Shown here: piece by piece, positions 27,032 through 36,655 of the stretch | Layout of the letters: every line of letters starts with the position of its first letter | Position numbering within the stretch: the stretch's first letter is position 1 | Source: Parachlamydiales bacterium | GTDB lineage: Bacteria > Chlamydiota > Chlamydiia > Chlamydiales > SM23-39 | DNA: 64,000 bases | Direction: 5' to 3' | NCBI GenBank assembly: GCA_050302075.1 | Contig: JBNLAH010000005.1 | Location: 132,288-196,287, forward strand | Made by a program: the position numbers and the translations under genes | The notes under the pieces: model-generated | Databases searched by the model: none | What the model saw: only the letters and a program-made list of their open reading frames with translations | What the model was told of the DNA's origin: nothing

Positions 27032-28600
27032 TTAAAATGTTCTCAAAATACTTAAGATAGCAAAGTTTTGGAAGTTTGCATCTATTTCATTTGTTTTTAC
27101 ATCGCTTAGTATTTTCTCTGTTTGCTGTTGAGGAGATAAAAGCAGGTGGTTGTTAATAAACTCTGGAAAGTTTTTGCTCATGTTTAATTGTTTTGAAGGT
27201 ATAAATAAAATATCTTCAACATTCCAGCTATCGCTAGTCTCTAAAAAGTAAGTGTTGATATCTTTGCCAAGAGGATCATTGGTCGATTTTAACTCATTTA
27301 GTATTTTTGTATCTTTTGAGTAGTGGAAAACGCTTTTGTCTCCACTAGAGATTAGGCTGAGGCGATCCAAACTGGAATTTAATAAGATTAAAGAGCAGTC
27401 GAAATGTTCTGGCACTTTAAAAGTGTTGATTATGAGTTTGTTCAACTCGGTAAAAAATTCAGTTAAGTTAAAGGTTTCTTTCTCTTTTGTGAACAGGTTT
27501 ACTAAAGACTGCACTATTCCTTTTAAAGTGGCTGTTGCTACAAAAGTACTTGGCCCTTCAGATTTTGATTCTGCAAAAAAAATAAGAAAGCTTGAGCCAA
27601 ATACTTTAAAAAAATCTAAATAAAGTGCTGTCGAAGATAGACCTTTTTGTTTTTCGAAACCGGCCTTAATTTGTGGCCATTTTGGAAGGTCTACATGGAA
27701 AAAATTCTCTGTTTTTTTTAAAAAGTCTTCAAAGGCATCTCCATATGGCTCTTTGACTTTTTTATTTTCGAATTTTTTCAAATAGGCATTAATATCTGTA
27801 ATAAAGTCGACAATATCTTGATATCTCATTTTTGGGTCGGCCTGAAGAGCTTTGTCGATTATTGGCCTGAGATCACTTGGTAGAAAAGAAAAGTGAATTA
27901 CTCCATGGCTTAATCTTCCTAATATCAATTCATAGGCAATAATACCGAGCGAGTAGATATCTGAAACGAAAGACGCTAAATCTGGATTCTTTTTCTGCTC
28001 AGGACTCATGTAGACTGGAGTACCAAGGAACTTTCCTTTTTTAAGAGTAGTGTCTTCCGGGATTTCTGTATGTAGTTGTGCAATTCCAAAGTCAATTACT
28101 TTTACTCCGCCATACTCGGTTATTAAAATATTTTCAGGTTTTAGGTCTCTGTGGATTACTCCATGGGTATGTAGGTGTAAAAGTGCATACGCAACTTCCT
28201 GAATAATTTGCAGTGCTCTTTTTTGAGAAAGAGATTTTTGTAAAATAAACTGCCTTAGAGAAACCCCTTGAACAAACTCCATAGCAATAAAAAGTCCTTT
28301 TTCCCACTTTCCTTGGTCATATAGCTTTACGATATTAGGATGATCAGTCATGGAAATAATCTCGGCTTCTTTTAAAAACCTGCTCACCATTTCATTATTC
28401 GTGATAAATTTAGGTGATAAGATTTTAACTACGACTGGTTCTCCTGATTTTGGATGTGTTGCTAAGTATAAAAAGCTCATGCCTCCTTTGGTTAGTCTCG
28501 ATTCAATTCGATATGGGCCTACCATTGAAGGGGATGGAAATGATGTAACGTCGGTTAAATTTGGAAGTGTGTTCTGACTATAAAAGTTTTTTTTTGCCAT
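27032..28600 (-). CDS. pkn5: Ser/Thr protein kinase Pkn5 (T3SS-cluster kinase) with an uncharacterised C-terminal domain
   Basis: Kinase subdomains are intact: VVVKIL (Lys), HRDLKPENIL, VIDFGIA, YMSPEQ. Sits between sctQ and sctC as in Chlamydia. Confidence 0.88.
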   Translation of the reverse strand: MAKKNFYSQNTLPNLTDVTSFPSPSMVGPYRIESRLTKGGMSFLYLATHPKSGEPVVVKILSPKFITNNEMVSRFLKEAEIISMTDHPNIVKLYDQGKWEKGLFIAMEFVQGVSLRQFILQKSLSQKRALQIIQEVAYALLHLHTHGVIHRDLKPENILITEYGGVKVIDFGIAQLHTEIPEDTTLKKGKFLGTPVYMSPEQKKNPDLASFVSDIYSLGIIAYELILGRLSHGVIHFSFLPSDLRPIIDKALQADPKMRYQDIVDFITDINAYLKKFENKKVKEPYGDAFEDFLKKTENFFHVDLPKWPQIKAGFEKQKGLSSTALYLDFFKVFGSSFLIFFAESKSEGPSTFVATATLKGIVQSLVNLFTKEKETFNLTEFFTELNKLIINTFKVPEHFDCSLILLNSSLDRLSLISSGDKSVFHYSKDTKILNELKSTNDPLGKDINTYFLETSDSWNVEDILFIPSKQLNMSKNFPEFINNHLLLSPQQQTEKILSDVKTNEIDANFQNFAILSILRTF

Positions 28601-28615
28601 TAATTAGATAAAAAT

Positions 28616-29674
28616 TTAAATCTCAAGGATTCTAACTCCGATAACTTCACCTACTTTAATAAGCTCTCCTTTTGCAACGGTCTTATTATTTAAAGTAAGC
28701 GAAACATTTTCCTGTGGATTGATCGTAGTTTCAATGACCTCTCCCGGTTGTAGTGACATAAGCTTTTCTAAGCTCATTTCGATCTTTCCCATCTCTATTT
28801 GAAGAGAAAGGGGAACTTCTTTTACTGGGGTGGTGTTTTCGTTATCTTCCATATTGTCCTCTTTTAATTCTGCAAAGTCTAATACCTTCAATTTGCCTTG
28901 TTTTACTTTCACTTGATAAAGAGGGTTTTGATTAAGTGTTAACAAAACACTCCCTTGATGTGTTTTAGGATCATAATAACTGTGGTCTAAAATAACAAAG
29001 TCGCCAACTGAAATTGCTTCGAATGTAGTATAATTTAAACTAACACTGCCAACATTTATTGAAAGAAAAAAGTCTATCTTGCTGGAAAGTTTTGAAGCCA
29101 ATAAATCTGGTTCTTTTAAAAATTGATTTTTCCAAGCTGTTACTATTTCCTTCGATATTACAAGCTTTGCATAAGCCGAGCGTTCTTGATAAATTATTCG
29201 AACATCAATGCAAAGAGAGGGGCTTTTAAGTTCTTTTGAGTCGGATGAAATTTTCAAGGAAAATCCTTCTAAGATTTTATCTTGATCACATACATCCATA
29301 GCCTCTAGCATAAGATAATGATAATATCCCTCCTGGAGAATTTCAGATGAAAATGCTTTAGCTGAAGCATCTTTTGTCATAGCCCAAGTGGTAATTTTAG
29401 CGACCTCATTTAAGTCCATTAACCAATGAAATGTAGCTTCAAGAGGAAGTATATTAAAGCTTAGCTGTGATGAGTCGCTGCTGGTAAGTTGGCTGATTTC
29501 CTCATCGGTAAGCCATTTTGTTTTCTCAACTTTTATTTCTAAATCTTGAAGGTTTAAGCGTTCTTTTAAACGCTTTGACATCAAAGACAAATTTGGACAA
29601 AAAAAACCTGGTGGAAGTTCAACAGTTTCCAGAATTTTTTTTGAAACTTGGCTGTAGTTAAAAACATTTTCCAT
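28616..29674 (-). CDS. sctQ: T3SS cytoplasmic ring / sorting platform protein SctQ (CdsQ)
   Basis: C-terminal SpoA/FliN-like domain: VPLSLQIEMGKIEMSLEKLMSLQPGEVIETT...VAKGELIKVGEVIGVRILEI. Synteny supports the call. Confidence 0.85.
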   Translation of the reverse strand: MENVFNYSQVSKKILETVELPPGFFCPNLSLMSKRLKERLNLQDLEIKVEKTKWLTDEEISQLTSSDSSQLSFNILPLEATFHWLMDLNEVAKITTWAMTKDASAKAFSSEILQEGYYHYLMLEAMDVCDQDKILEGFSLKISSDSKELKSPSLCIDVRIIYQERSAYAKLVISKEIVTAWKNQFLKEPDLLASKLSSKIDFFLSINVGSVSLNYTTFEAISVGDFVILDHSYYDPKTHQGSVLLTLNQNPLYQVKVKQGKLKVLDFAELKEDNMEDNENTTPVKEVPLSLQIEMGKIEMSLEKLMSLQPGEVIETTINPQENVSLTLNNKTVAKGELIKVGEVIGVRILEI

Positions 29675-30648
29675 TATCTTCCTAGTGGCCCTCCACCAAC
29701 ATCACTTCCACCCGGCCTTTCTTTTCTACGAAATAGCGGGCGTTCTGTTTCATATGCTGCTTCAATTCTACCAATCCGAAAGTTAAAGTTTCCGCGGCTG
29801 AAAGTTTCCATTAATATATCGATATTTCCATTAAACATCGCAACTGCCTCTGGATTTCCAGTAAGCTTGATATTAAAAGAATCGGGGGCAGTCGAGTATT
29901 TTTCTAGTACAATTTTTGAACCATAAAATACAGAGCCTTCCATTTCCGGGTTATTTAATAAGATCTCAGTTTGCATAATGCCCTCTTTTGAGTTCATTAC
30001 CAAAATTTGACCAACCATTTGCTCAAAAACTGGAGGCACCTCAGATGTTAAGCTAACTTTTAAGTCATTTGCAGCCTCATGGGCTATCTGGGCGATATCA
30101 GGTGGGATAACAGGAGCTGCAGTGATAAAAGGAATTTCTTTTTTTCGTTGTTCTAATGGTTGAGTGTCTTTTGCTTCTTCAGACTCAGTTTTTTTCTCTT
30201 CTAAATCTTCTAAAGGCTCTCTAGGCTCTTTTTTAGAAGGGATTTTCTTTTGAGAAGGCACGAATAGATTTTCTTCTTTTGCAACCTTTCTTCTTTCTTC
30301 GTTTTCCTGCATTTCAAGCTCATCAATTGATAGAGGCGCTTTTTCGGCCTCAATTTTTGACTTTTCTTCAATGTAATCATGAGCTGGAAGTTTTTTATCT
30401 ACTTTAGCAATTTCAGCTGGGCCTTTATCGTAGAAAGCTGATTCATATGGAGACGGTTTTTTATCCGTTTCAGGCTCTTTTTTTTTCTCTTCTAAATGCT
30501 GTTGGAACTTGCGTCTTTTTTTCTCCTCAGGATCTACTTCACTGGCTTTTTCAACATGATAATCTTTGCCTTTAACACCGCCAAATTTGCCGGCTTTACC
30601 GCGTTTAAAAGGATCATCAGCAGACTGTTGATTAATTCGGTGTATCAT
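29674..30648 (-). CDS. sctP: T3SS needle-length/substrate-switch protein SctP (CdsP)
   Basis: Charged, low-complexity N-terminal part and a C-terminal T3S4-like globular domain (ILLNNPEMEGSVFYGSKIVLEKYSTAPDSFNIKLTGNPEAVAMF). Lies between sctO and sctQ. Confidence 0.7.
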   Translation of the reverse strand: MIHRINQQSADDPFKRGKAGKFGGVKGKDYHVEKASEVDPEEKKRRKFQQHLEEKKKEPETDKKPSPYESAFYDKGPAEIAKVDKKLPAHDYIEEKSKIEAEKAPLSIDELEMQENEERRKVAKEENLFVPSQKKIPSKKEPREPLEDLEEKKTESEEAKDTQPLEQRKKEIPFITAAPVIPPDIAQIAHEAANDLKVSLTSEVPPVFEQMVGQILVMNSKEGIMQTEILLNNPEMEGSVFYGSKIVLEKYSTAPDSFNIKLTGNPEAVAMFNGNIDILMETFSRGNFNFRIGRIEAAYETERPLFRRKERPGGSDVGGGPLGR

Positions 30649-30681
30649 TTTGATTATCTCCTAGCTTAATAGTACTGTTTT

Positions 30682-31188
30682 TTAGGATTTTTTATGAGGG
30701 TTTTCTCTTTTTTTTATTTCATGAATAACTGTGCCAAGCTCATCGTGTTTTATTTCTTCTTGCCTTCGCTCTTCTTTTTCATGCTCTTTTAGCCACTCTT
30801 TTTTGTGGATTCTCAGTTTTTCAAGATCCTTTTGTTTTTGTATCATGTCTTGCTTTGCTATTTCCACTTGCTTTTGGGCAAGTTCAACTTGTTCTTTTTG
30901 CTCGTCCACTTTTTTTTGATGTTCTTCAAGCTTACTTTCAACAGTCTCAAGATATCTTTTCATTTCTTGAATTTTGATAGTGCCTTGGCCAGTATCCAAG
31001 GCTTCCCTTAGCTGGGTTAGTTTATCATTTTTATGTTTTAATGCCTCATCTCTTTTCTCTTCCAGCTGCTTTAGTTTTTTTTCCTCACTTTCTAAAAGTT
31101 CTTTTTTTGCTTCAAGAACTCTGACAGATTCGTCAAAGCGTCTTTTTTTTATGTCTAAAACTTCTTCAAGTGGATATTTTGTAGCCAT
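30682..31188 (-). CDS. sctO: T3SS stalk protein SctO (CdsO; FliJ/YscO-like)
   Basis: 168-aa all-coiled-coil protein directly downstream of the ATPase. Confidence 0.75.
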   Translation of the reverse strand: MATKYPLEEVLDIKKRRFDESVRVLEAKKELLESEEKKLKQLEEKRDEALKHKNDKLTQLREALDTGQGTIKIQEMKRYLETVESKLEEHQKKVDEQKEQVELAQKQVEIAKQDMIQKQKDLEKLRIHKKEWLKEHEKEERRQEEIKHDELGTVIHEIKKRENPHKKS

Positions 31189-31191
31189 ACA

Positions 31192-32532
31192 TTATCGAAA
31201 TAAGTTTTTAAGTCCGGCTAAAGTGTCTTCAAAAGATGATTTTTCCTGAACGGATTGTTTTAAAAATTGGTTTACTTTGTCAATATGAGAAATTGCAAAA
31301 TCAGCATCTTTGTCTGATCCTGATTTATATTCACCGATCCTAATTAGTAGTTCATTTTTTTTATAGTTGGCTAGAACTTCTCTTAAGGTACCGATAAGTT
31401 TTTGGTGTTCTTTATCAGTAATATGAGTAATTATCCTGCTTACAGATGACAAGATGTCGATTGCAGGAAAGTGATACTGTCGAGCAAGGTCTCTAGATAA
31501 AATAATATGTCCGTCTAAGATAGATCTTGTTTCATCGGCTATTGGCTCGTTCATATCATCACCCGCAACTAAGATTGTATAAAATCCAGTTATAGATCCT
31601 TTATCTGAATTGCCTGAACGCTCAAGTAGTTTCGGCAGTGTTGAGAAAACTGAAGGAGTAAAGCCCGCTCTAGCAGGGGGTTCTCCAGCAGCTAGGCCTA
31701 CCTCTCTTAGAGCTCTTGCATATCTTGTTACGGAATCCATCATCAGTATAACAGACTTACCTTGGTCTCTAAAATATTCAGCGATGGCAGTCCCGACATA
31801 TGCAGCGTTTATTCTAAGTTGAGGTGCCTGGTCCGATGTTGAAACAATCACAACCGATCGCTTTAACCCATCTTCTCCTAGGTCATTCTTTAAAAATTCA
31901 CGTACCTCTCTTCCTCTCTCTCCAATTAAAGATATGACGTTAACATCTGCTTTAGCGTTTCTGGCTATCATGCCAAGTAATGTTGACTTCCCAACACCGG
32001 CGGCTGCAAAAATTCCAACCCGTTGGCCTTTGCCGCATGTTAATACACCATCTATACTTTTAATCCCGACAGAAAGTGGTTCGGAAATGATTTTTCTTTT
32101 TAAAGGACTTGGAGGTGCGGCAATAACTGGAACCGAATCTGGTAAATCCCCAATAGGCCCTTGAGTTTCCTCATCTATTGGTTTGCCAACTCCATTTAAA
32201 ACTCTTCCTAAAAGATTTTTACCAGCTTTGATATGCAAAGATAGTCTCATAGGAATGACTTCAGATGAAGGTCCAATCCCAGACATTTCTCCTAAAGGGG
32301 ATAGAATTACCTCGTCTTTAGTAAAACCGACAACCTCCGCAACTAAAGGCTCCATGTTATCTCTTTTAATTAAACAAACTTCACCGAGCTTAACTTGAGG
32401 AATTACAGCTTTAATTAGCATTCCAACCGCTTCGGTTATTCTGCCATGAACTGTGGTTAACTCTACATCACCTAAGTGTTCGATTAATTTGTCTAGCGAA
32501 GAGTCTTTTTCCATAAAATCACAATTGAACAT
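31192..32532 (-). CDS. sctN: T3SS ATPase SctN (CdsN)
   Basis: Walker A IFAAAGVGKSTLLGMI and Walker B VILMMDSVTRYARA, with F1/FliI-like overall pattern. The true start may be ATG 32514 (MEKDSS), 4 nt after the upstream stop. Confidence 0.95.
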   Translation of the reverse strand: MFNCDFMEKDSSLDKLIEHLGDVELTTVHGRITEAVGMLIKAVIPQVKLGEVCLIKRDNMEPLVAEVVGFTKDEVILSPLGEMSGIGPSSEVIPMRLSLHIKAGKNLLGRVLNGVGKPIDEETQGPIGDLPDSVPVIAAPPSPLKRKIISEPLSVGIKSIDGVLTCGKGQRVGIFAAAGVGKSTLLGMIARNAKADVNVISLIGERGREVREFLKNDLGEDGLKRSVVIVSTSDQAPQLRINAAYVGTAIAEYFRDQGKSVILMMDSVTRYARALREVGLAAGEPPARAGFTPSVFSTLPKLLERSGNSDKGSITGFYTILVAGDDMNEPIADETRSILDGHIILSRDLARQYHFPAIDILSSVSRIITHITDKEHQKLIGTLREVLANYKKNELLIRIGEYKSGSDKDADFAISHIDKVNQFLKQSVQEKSSFEDTLAGLKNLFR

Positions 32533-33154
32533 TAATCATTTGTTTAACTACGTCCACAGCTTTGCTGAGTAAAGTAGAGGCATACTCTAATGATTGCTGG
32601 GCTTGAGCTAATTTTACTTGAATTAACATCAGATCACCAGGTCTCAACTCACCTCCTTCAGCGCTTTGAAGATCAATTATCTTTTGTTTTGCTTCTTTGA
32701 GTTGTTTTTCCCCATTAGTAGCTAGTTGCAAAAACCTTTCAATAGGGTTGAATCCTGATGGAGGGGGTTCGCTAGGCAATACATTAGCTCCTACTTTCTC
32801 TGCAGCGCTCATTAGATGGTTGTTTGCTTCTGATAGCTTATTTCGCATCAGGTTTTGTTCAGATCTTTTGAATTTAAGATTTTTGGTTTTTAAGTTCTTT
32901 TGTAGTTCGTCAAAAGTATGCTCAGACTGCCACATCTGTGCGAGTAAAGAGTCTATTGAAGGTTCTGCTATTAGCCCACTTTGAGGCAAGTTCAAAGGTG
33001 ACACTTGAGATGTACTAGTGGGAGGTGCTCCAGGTGCGGGCCTTGGCTCATTCATAGCAGACTGAAACTGCGATCTATCGGGAGCAGGCTTTTGCTCTTG
33101 TGGTTTTATAGGGCCTATATTTTCAGGTCCGATAGGTGGTATTTGCTTTGCCAT
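32519..33154 (-). CDS. CT668-position T3SS protein with Pro-rich N-terminus and SctI (inner rod)-like C-terminus
   Basis: C-terminal LRPGDLMLIQVKLAQAQQSLEYASTLLSKAVDVVKQMINVQL resembles PrgJ ...PKELAISQEMISDYNLYVSMVSTLTRKGVGAVETLLRS and the YscI-type P..LL..Q......elvsK.....v..L pattern. Confidence 0.55.
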   Translation of the reverse strand: MAKQIPPIGPENIGPIKPQEQKPAPDRSQFQSAMNEPRPAPGAPPTSTSQVSPLNLPQSGLIAEPSIDSLLAQMWQSEHTFDELQKNLKTKNLKFKRSEQNLMRNKLSEANNHLMSAAEKVGANVLPSEPPPSGFNPIERFLQLATNGEKQLKEAKQKIIDLQSAEGGELRPGDLMLIQVKLAQAQQSLEYASTLLSKAVDVVKQMINVQL

Positions 33155-33591
33155 TATTTACCCTTTGATTTCTTTCCTTCATAAGGAGAGGGTTCTTTTT
33201 TGACAAATTTGTCAATAAAGTCTAGGGCACTTACTGATAGATTATGAATCAAAGTGTCTTTTGATTGAGCTGTGCCTTCTAGTATTTGTTCTGCTTTTGT
33301 TACACCTTTTGGAGTAAACCCTAATGAAAGACCTAAAAATGTTTTAGCCATCTCATTGTTTGGATCCTCTTTTAGAGCATTCTCAAAAAGCTCACATGCT
33401 TGTTTTAACTCAAGCTTGTGCAGATGCAAGTAGCCAATTCCGACTTTTGGGAGGGTGCTTTCAGGGTTTAGGACAGCTGCTGCGTTGAACAGCCTTTTAG
33501 CAGAAACCTCATCAGCTTGGTTGACTGCAATAAATCCAGCTTCCAAAAGTAAGATAAAGTCTTTTTTTTTGTTTTTTTCTATAAATGTCAT
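33154..33591 (-). CDS. cdsG: TPR-like needle-subunit co-chaperone CdsG (YscG/PscG-like)
   Basis: 145-aa TPR-like helical protein immediately downstream of the needle gene. Order cdsE-cdsF-cdsG matches Chlamydia. Confidence 0.7.
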   Translation of the reverse strand: MTFIEKNKKKDFILLLEAGFIAVNQADEVSAKRLFNAAAVLNPESTLPKVGIGYLHLHKLELKQACELFENALKEDPNNEMAKTFLGLSLGFTPKGVTKAEQILEGTAQSKDTLIHNLSVSALDFIDKFVKKEPSPYEGKKSKGK

Positions 33592-33596
33592 ATGCC

Positions 33597-33845
33597 TTAT
33601 TGAGTTTTCTGAGCTCTCACCGCGTTGTTAATAACTGAGTTTACTTGCGATATTAAATTAGAAATAGATTCTCCAATCTGTGTAACGCTGGCCATTTGAA
33701 ATTGTAATAATAGGAACTGTCCTGGTGTAGCCTCACTCATTCTTGAAGCTAAGTTTCGGATCCCTTCTACAAGTTCAGACTGTAATCGCTGATAGTTTTT
33801 GATTAGGGTTGAAAAGGAAAGTGTAACCCCTGGTAGTTTTGACAT
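33597..33845 (-). CDS. sctF: T3SS needle filament protein SctF (CdsF)
   Basis: 82-aa helix-turn-helix-sized protein with PGQFLLLQFQM (P..LL.lQ motif) and a conserved C-terminal helix. Synteny supports the call. Confidence 0.8.
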   Translation of the reverse strand: MSKLPGVTLSFSTLIKNYQRLQSELVEGIRNLASRMSEATPGQFLLLQFQMASVTQIGESISNLISQVNSVINNAVRAQKTQ

Positions 33846-33858
33846 GCTATCTCCTTAA

Positions 33859-34098
33859 TTAACTTTTTTGTTTTGCTACTTTAGATAATACTTTGTTCAG
33901 TGCTGTATAACCTTGTAAAAGAACGCCCATTTGATCAAAATCATCTGATGAATCGCCTTTTCTCATTATGTTTTTAATTTCTTCCGATCTTTTTTTAGCA
34001 ATGTCCAAGTAGTGTTTTTTCTTATTAGGATCATTTATAATTTCTTCTTCCAAATCAAAAAGAAACGGTTTTTTATCTTTTTTCTCTAGCCCAAACAT
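33859..34098 (-). CDS. cdsE: Needle-subunit co-chaperone CdsE (YscE/PscE-like)
   Basis: 79-aa helical protein between sctD and sctF. Confidence 0.65.
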   Translation of the reverse strand: MFGLEKKDKKPFLFDLEEEIINDPNKKKHYLDIAKKRSEEIKNIMRKGDSSDDFDQMGVLLQGYTALNKVLSKVAKQKS

Positions 34099-34112
34099 CT
34101 GTAATTTAGCCT

Positions 34113-35942
34113 TTATTGGTTGTAATTGATTTTATATTTTAATCCTTCTTTTTCAAGAAGAATTGTATCTTTCATTATTTTAGTAATATCCATCCCGTCA
34201 ATACTATCACCTAAAGTTAGGATCCTTCCATTTATGACAACACTAAAATTGTTGCCATCGTATTTTGCAAATCCGGTGACTTGATAATTGTCGGAGATAT
34301 TAATTCTAGCTGCTTCAGCTGAAGATGCTATAGCTACATTTTGTACTGACCTAACACCTGGAATATCTTCCAAATTTTGAATAAGTTTTTCAAACTCAGA
34401 ATTTTTCTTTTCGTCGAAAAATCCAGATAATAGTACAGCTCCATTAGTCTGTTCAAACCTTATACCATTAAAACCACTCGATTGCAATTTAGCTGAAATT
34501 TCTAAATTTAGTGTTTGGTCAACATACACTTTGTCATCTAGCATATCTAAATGGGGAAAATGAGTAGTTAAGAAATCTCCTAACTGGTCTTTTTGATCAA
34601 GTGTTTGAAGATAGCCTGATACTACAAATTTTCCGGCTTGTGTCGCATAAATATTAATTCCTTCCCATTCAGCATTTTCAGTTAGTATATCATTTACATT
34701 CTTCCAAATAAGTTCATCAATAATTAAATTGTCTTCGATACTCGTAATGAATTTAAGAGCATGTAAATTATATAAAAGCTCTTCTTTGTCAATTGATGTC
34801 AGAACATGCCCTGTTAGAAAGAGTCTTCCTGTGATAGGGTTGAAAGAAAACTGAACATCAGAATATTTAGATAAGGCACTTGCAATTTGACCTGATTGGT
34901 TAACTTTAGGGGCTTTAATCTGTTGTGTCTTAAATAAAGAAAAAAAACTAATGAAGACAATAAACATAATGAATATGAAGGCGCCTCCAGCAATTAAATA
35001 CTTAGAGGGTATGACCCTTTCTTTCCAGTTTACGGGGAGCTCTGCTGCTTCGGGCCTTTCTTCGAGTTCTGCTGGTTCCTCTTCTTCTTCTATATGGGCA
35101 AAAGAAGGGGAGTAAATGGTTTCTTGAGCTGCTTCTTTATCTAAAATAACAAATGTTGTTGTTCCACATGCTATTAAATCCTGAGGTGTGATCTGTTTTT
35201 TTTCTTCAATTGTAATTCCATTAACTCTTGTGCCATTTTTCGAGTGAAGATCTTCAATAAAAAAGGTTCCATCTTCTTGTGCGGTTAGTTTTGAGTGGTT
35301 CCTTGACACACTTAAATCTTGGAATACTATCTCGCAAGAGTTTGGATCTTTACCAATAACGTAGGATTTCCCTTTTTCGATGCCGATTTCAGCTCCGGCA
35401 TTCGGGCCCGATATAACTTTTAAAATCAAGGGAGTATCAGCTATTAGGTGAAAAGGAGCCTCTTCCTCGCTTTCCTCGAATATAGTGTCGTAAACACTAG
35501 GTGTTTCGTTTTCAATTGACGGCTTTTTCTTTACCTTTTCTTTTGGGGTTTCTTTTTCTTCTGCTGGCTCAGGTTCTTTTAAATCAGAAAAAATATCATC
35601 AAAATTATTTTCTTCAATGTCTTCTTCAAAAAAATCTTCATCTTCAGAAAATATAAAAGTTGTTTGCCCTATTAAAACTTTATCGCCATCTTTCAGTTGG
35701 ATAGTACCGGTTACTTCTTCGTCATTGATTGAAATTGGATTAGTTTGACTTAAGTTCTTTAGAAAAAACCCTTCATCAGAACGGGTAACTTCAGCATGTT
35801 TTCTAGATACAGTAGTATCTTCTAAAACTAGATCAGCTTGGTCAGGATCCCTGCCAATTGTCCATGTATTACCAGTATCAAAGTTTAAAACAAGACCTTT
35901 TAAAAGTCCTTCTTCTGCGGATAAATAAGCTGCCATACTCAA
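34113..35942 (-). CDS. sctD: T3SS inner-membrane ring protein SctD (CdsD) with two N-terminal FHA domains
   Basis: FHA1: WTIGRDPDQADLVLEDTTVSRKHAEV...NLSQTNPISIN. FHA2: YVIGKDPNSCEIVFQDLSVSRNHSKL...DLHSKNGTRVNG. Single TM segment YLIAGGAFIFIMFIVFISFFSLF, followed by a periplasmic domain. Confidence 0.88.
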   Translation of the reverse strand: MSMAAYLSAEEGLLKGLVLNFDTGNTWTIGRDPDQADLVLEDTTVSRKHAEVTRSDEGFFLKNLSQTNPISINDEEVTGTIQLKDGDKVLIGQTTFIFSEDEDFFEEDIEENNFDDIFSDLKEPEPAEEKETPKEKVKKKPSIENETPSVYDTIFEESEEEAPFHLIADTPLILKVISGPNAGAEIGIEKGKSYVIGKDPNSCEIVFQDLSVSRNHSKLTAQEDGTFFIEDLHSKNGTRVNGITIEEKKQITPQDLIACGTTTFVILDKEAAQETIYSPSFAHIEEEEEPAELEERPEAAELPVNWKERVIPSKYLIAGGAFIFIMFIVFISFFSLFKTQQIKAPKVNQSGQIASALSKYSDVQFSFNPITGRLFLTGHVLTSIDKEELLYNLHALKFITSIEDNLIIDELIWKNVNDILTENAEWEGINIYATQAGKFVVSGYLQTLDQKDQLGDFLTTHFPHLDMLDDKVYVDQTLNLEISAKLQSSGFNGIRFEQTNGAVLLSGFFDEKKNSEFEKLIQNLEDIPGVRSVQNVAIASSAEAARINISDNYQVTGFAKYDGNNFSVVINGRILTLGDSIDGMDITKIMKDTILLEKEGLKYKINYNQ

Positions 35943-36358
35943 AATAAACTTTTGTTAGCGGAAGAGAATTGCACAATCTCGTCTCGAATATAATATACGT
36001 AATTTATAAAATCTTCTAGTTTCTCTTTAAATAGGATGTAATTTAACTCATAGGGCATTAGTAAAGACAGTGTCAAGTTTTTCTCTTCTTCATCTAATCC
36101 GATAGCAGAGCCACCAGTTTCCTGCCCAATGAAATTTGCACCCATTAAAAAAGTTAAAAGATCTTCTTTTTTCTCTTTAGGCATTTCATACAAATTACAT
36201 CTTATAAAAGCATGGTCATCCAACTCTATAATGTAAAGATTAATATTATCGAATATAGATAAATTATATTCTCTGTTTTCATTGATTGTAGGTTTAGGGT
36301 CGATTTCCAAGTCATCGCACAATCGATGAATGAAGTCTTGTAGTTTAGCTTGTTCCAT
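35939..36358 (-). CDS. Class I T3SS chaperone (CesT/SycE-like; position of Chlamydia Scc4/CT663)
   Basis: Small acidic protein. ATG 36358 lies 6 nt after AAGGGAG, so I prefer it to the upstream start at 36400. ATGA overlap with sctD. Confidence 0.65.
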   Translation of the reverse strand: MEQAKLQDFIHRLCDDLEIDPKPTINENREYNLSIFDNINLYIIELDDHAFIRCNLYEMPKEKKEDLLTFLMGANFIGQETGGSAIGLDEEEKNLTLSLLMPYELNYILFKEKLEDFINYVYYIRDEIVQFSSANKSLF

Positions 36359-36586
36359 CTGACGCTCCCTTAACCAACTTATTATGAATGTATGGAACAT
36401 TTTTATCTAGGAGGTTTTTAGTTTAGATTAAGTAGCTTAAAACATCGAAGCTAAAATCTTTATAGTATCCACAATATGTTTACACATAAGAATTTTAACA
36501 TCTAGGTAGGTATTAAAAATAGAGTTGGCTAACCTAAGGGTGAAAGAGGATATCAAGGCTAGCTAAAAGTATATCGGTATATATGA

Positions 36587-36619
36587 AAAAGCACTTTAGC
36601 GATTAGCTAAAGTGCTTTT
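36587..36619. terminator. Palindromic intrinsic terminator
   Basis: AAAAGCACTTTAGC-gatta-GCTAAAGTGCTTTT, perfect 14-bp arms including A/T runs. Confidence 0.7.
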
Positions 36620-36655
36620 AATTTAAGTGTTCTATAATTTAATTAAGCTGATTTT

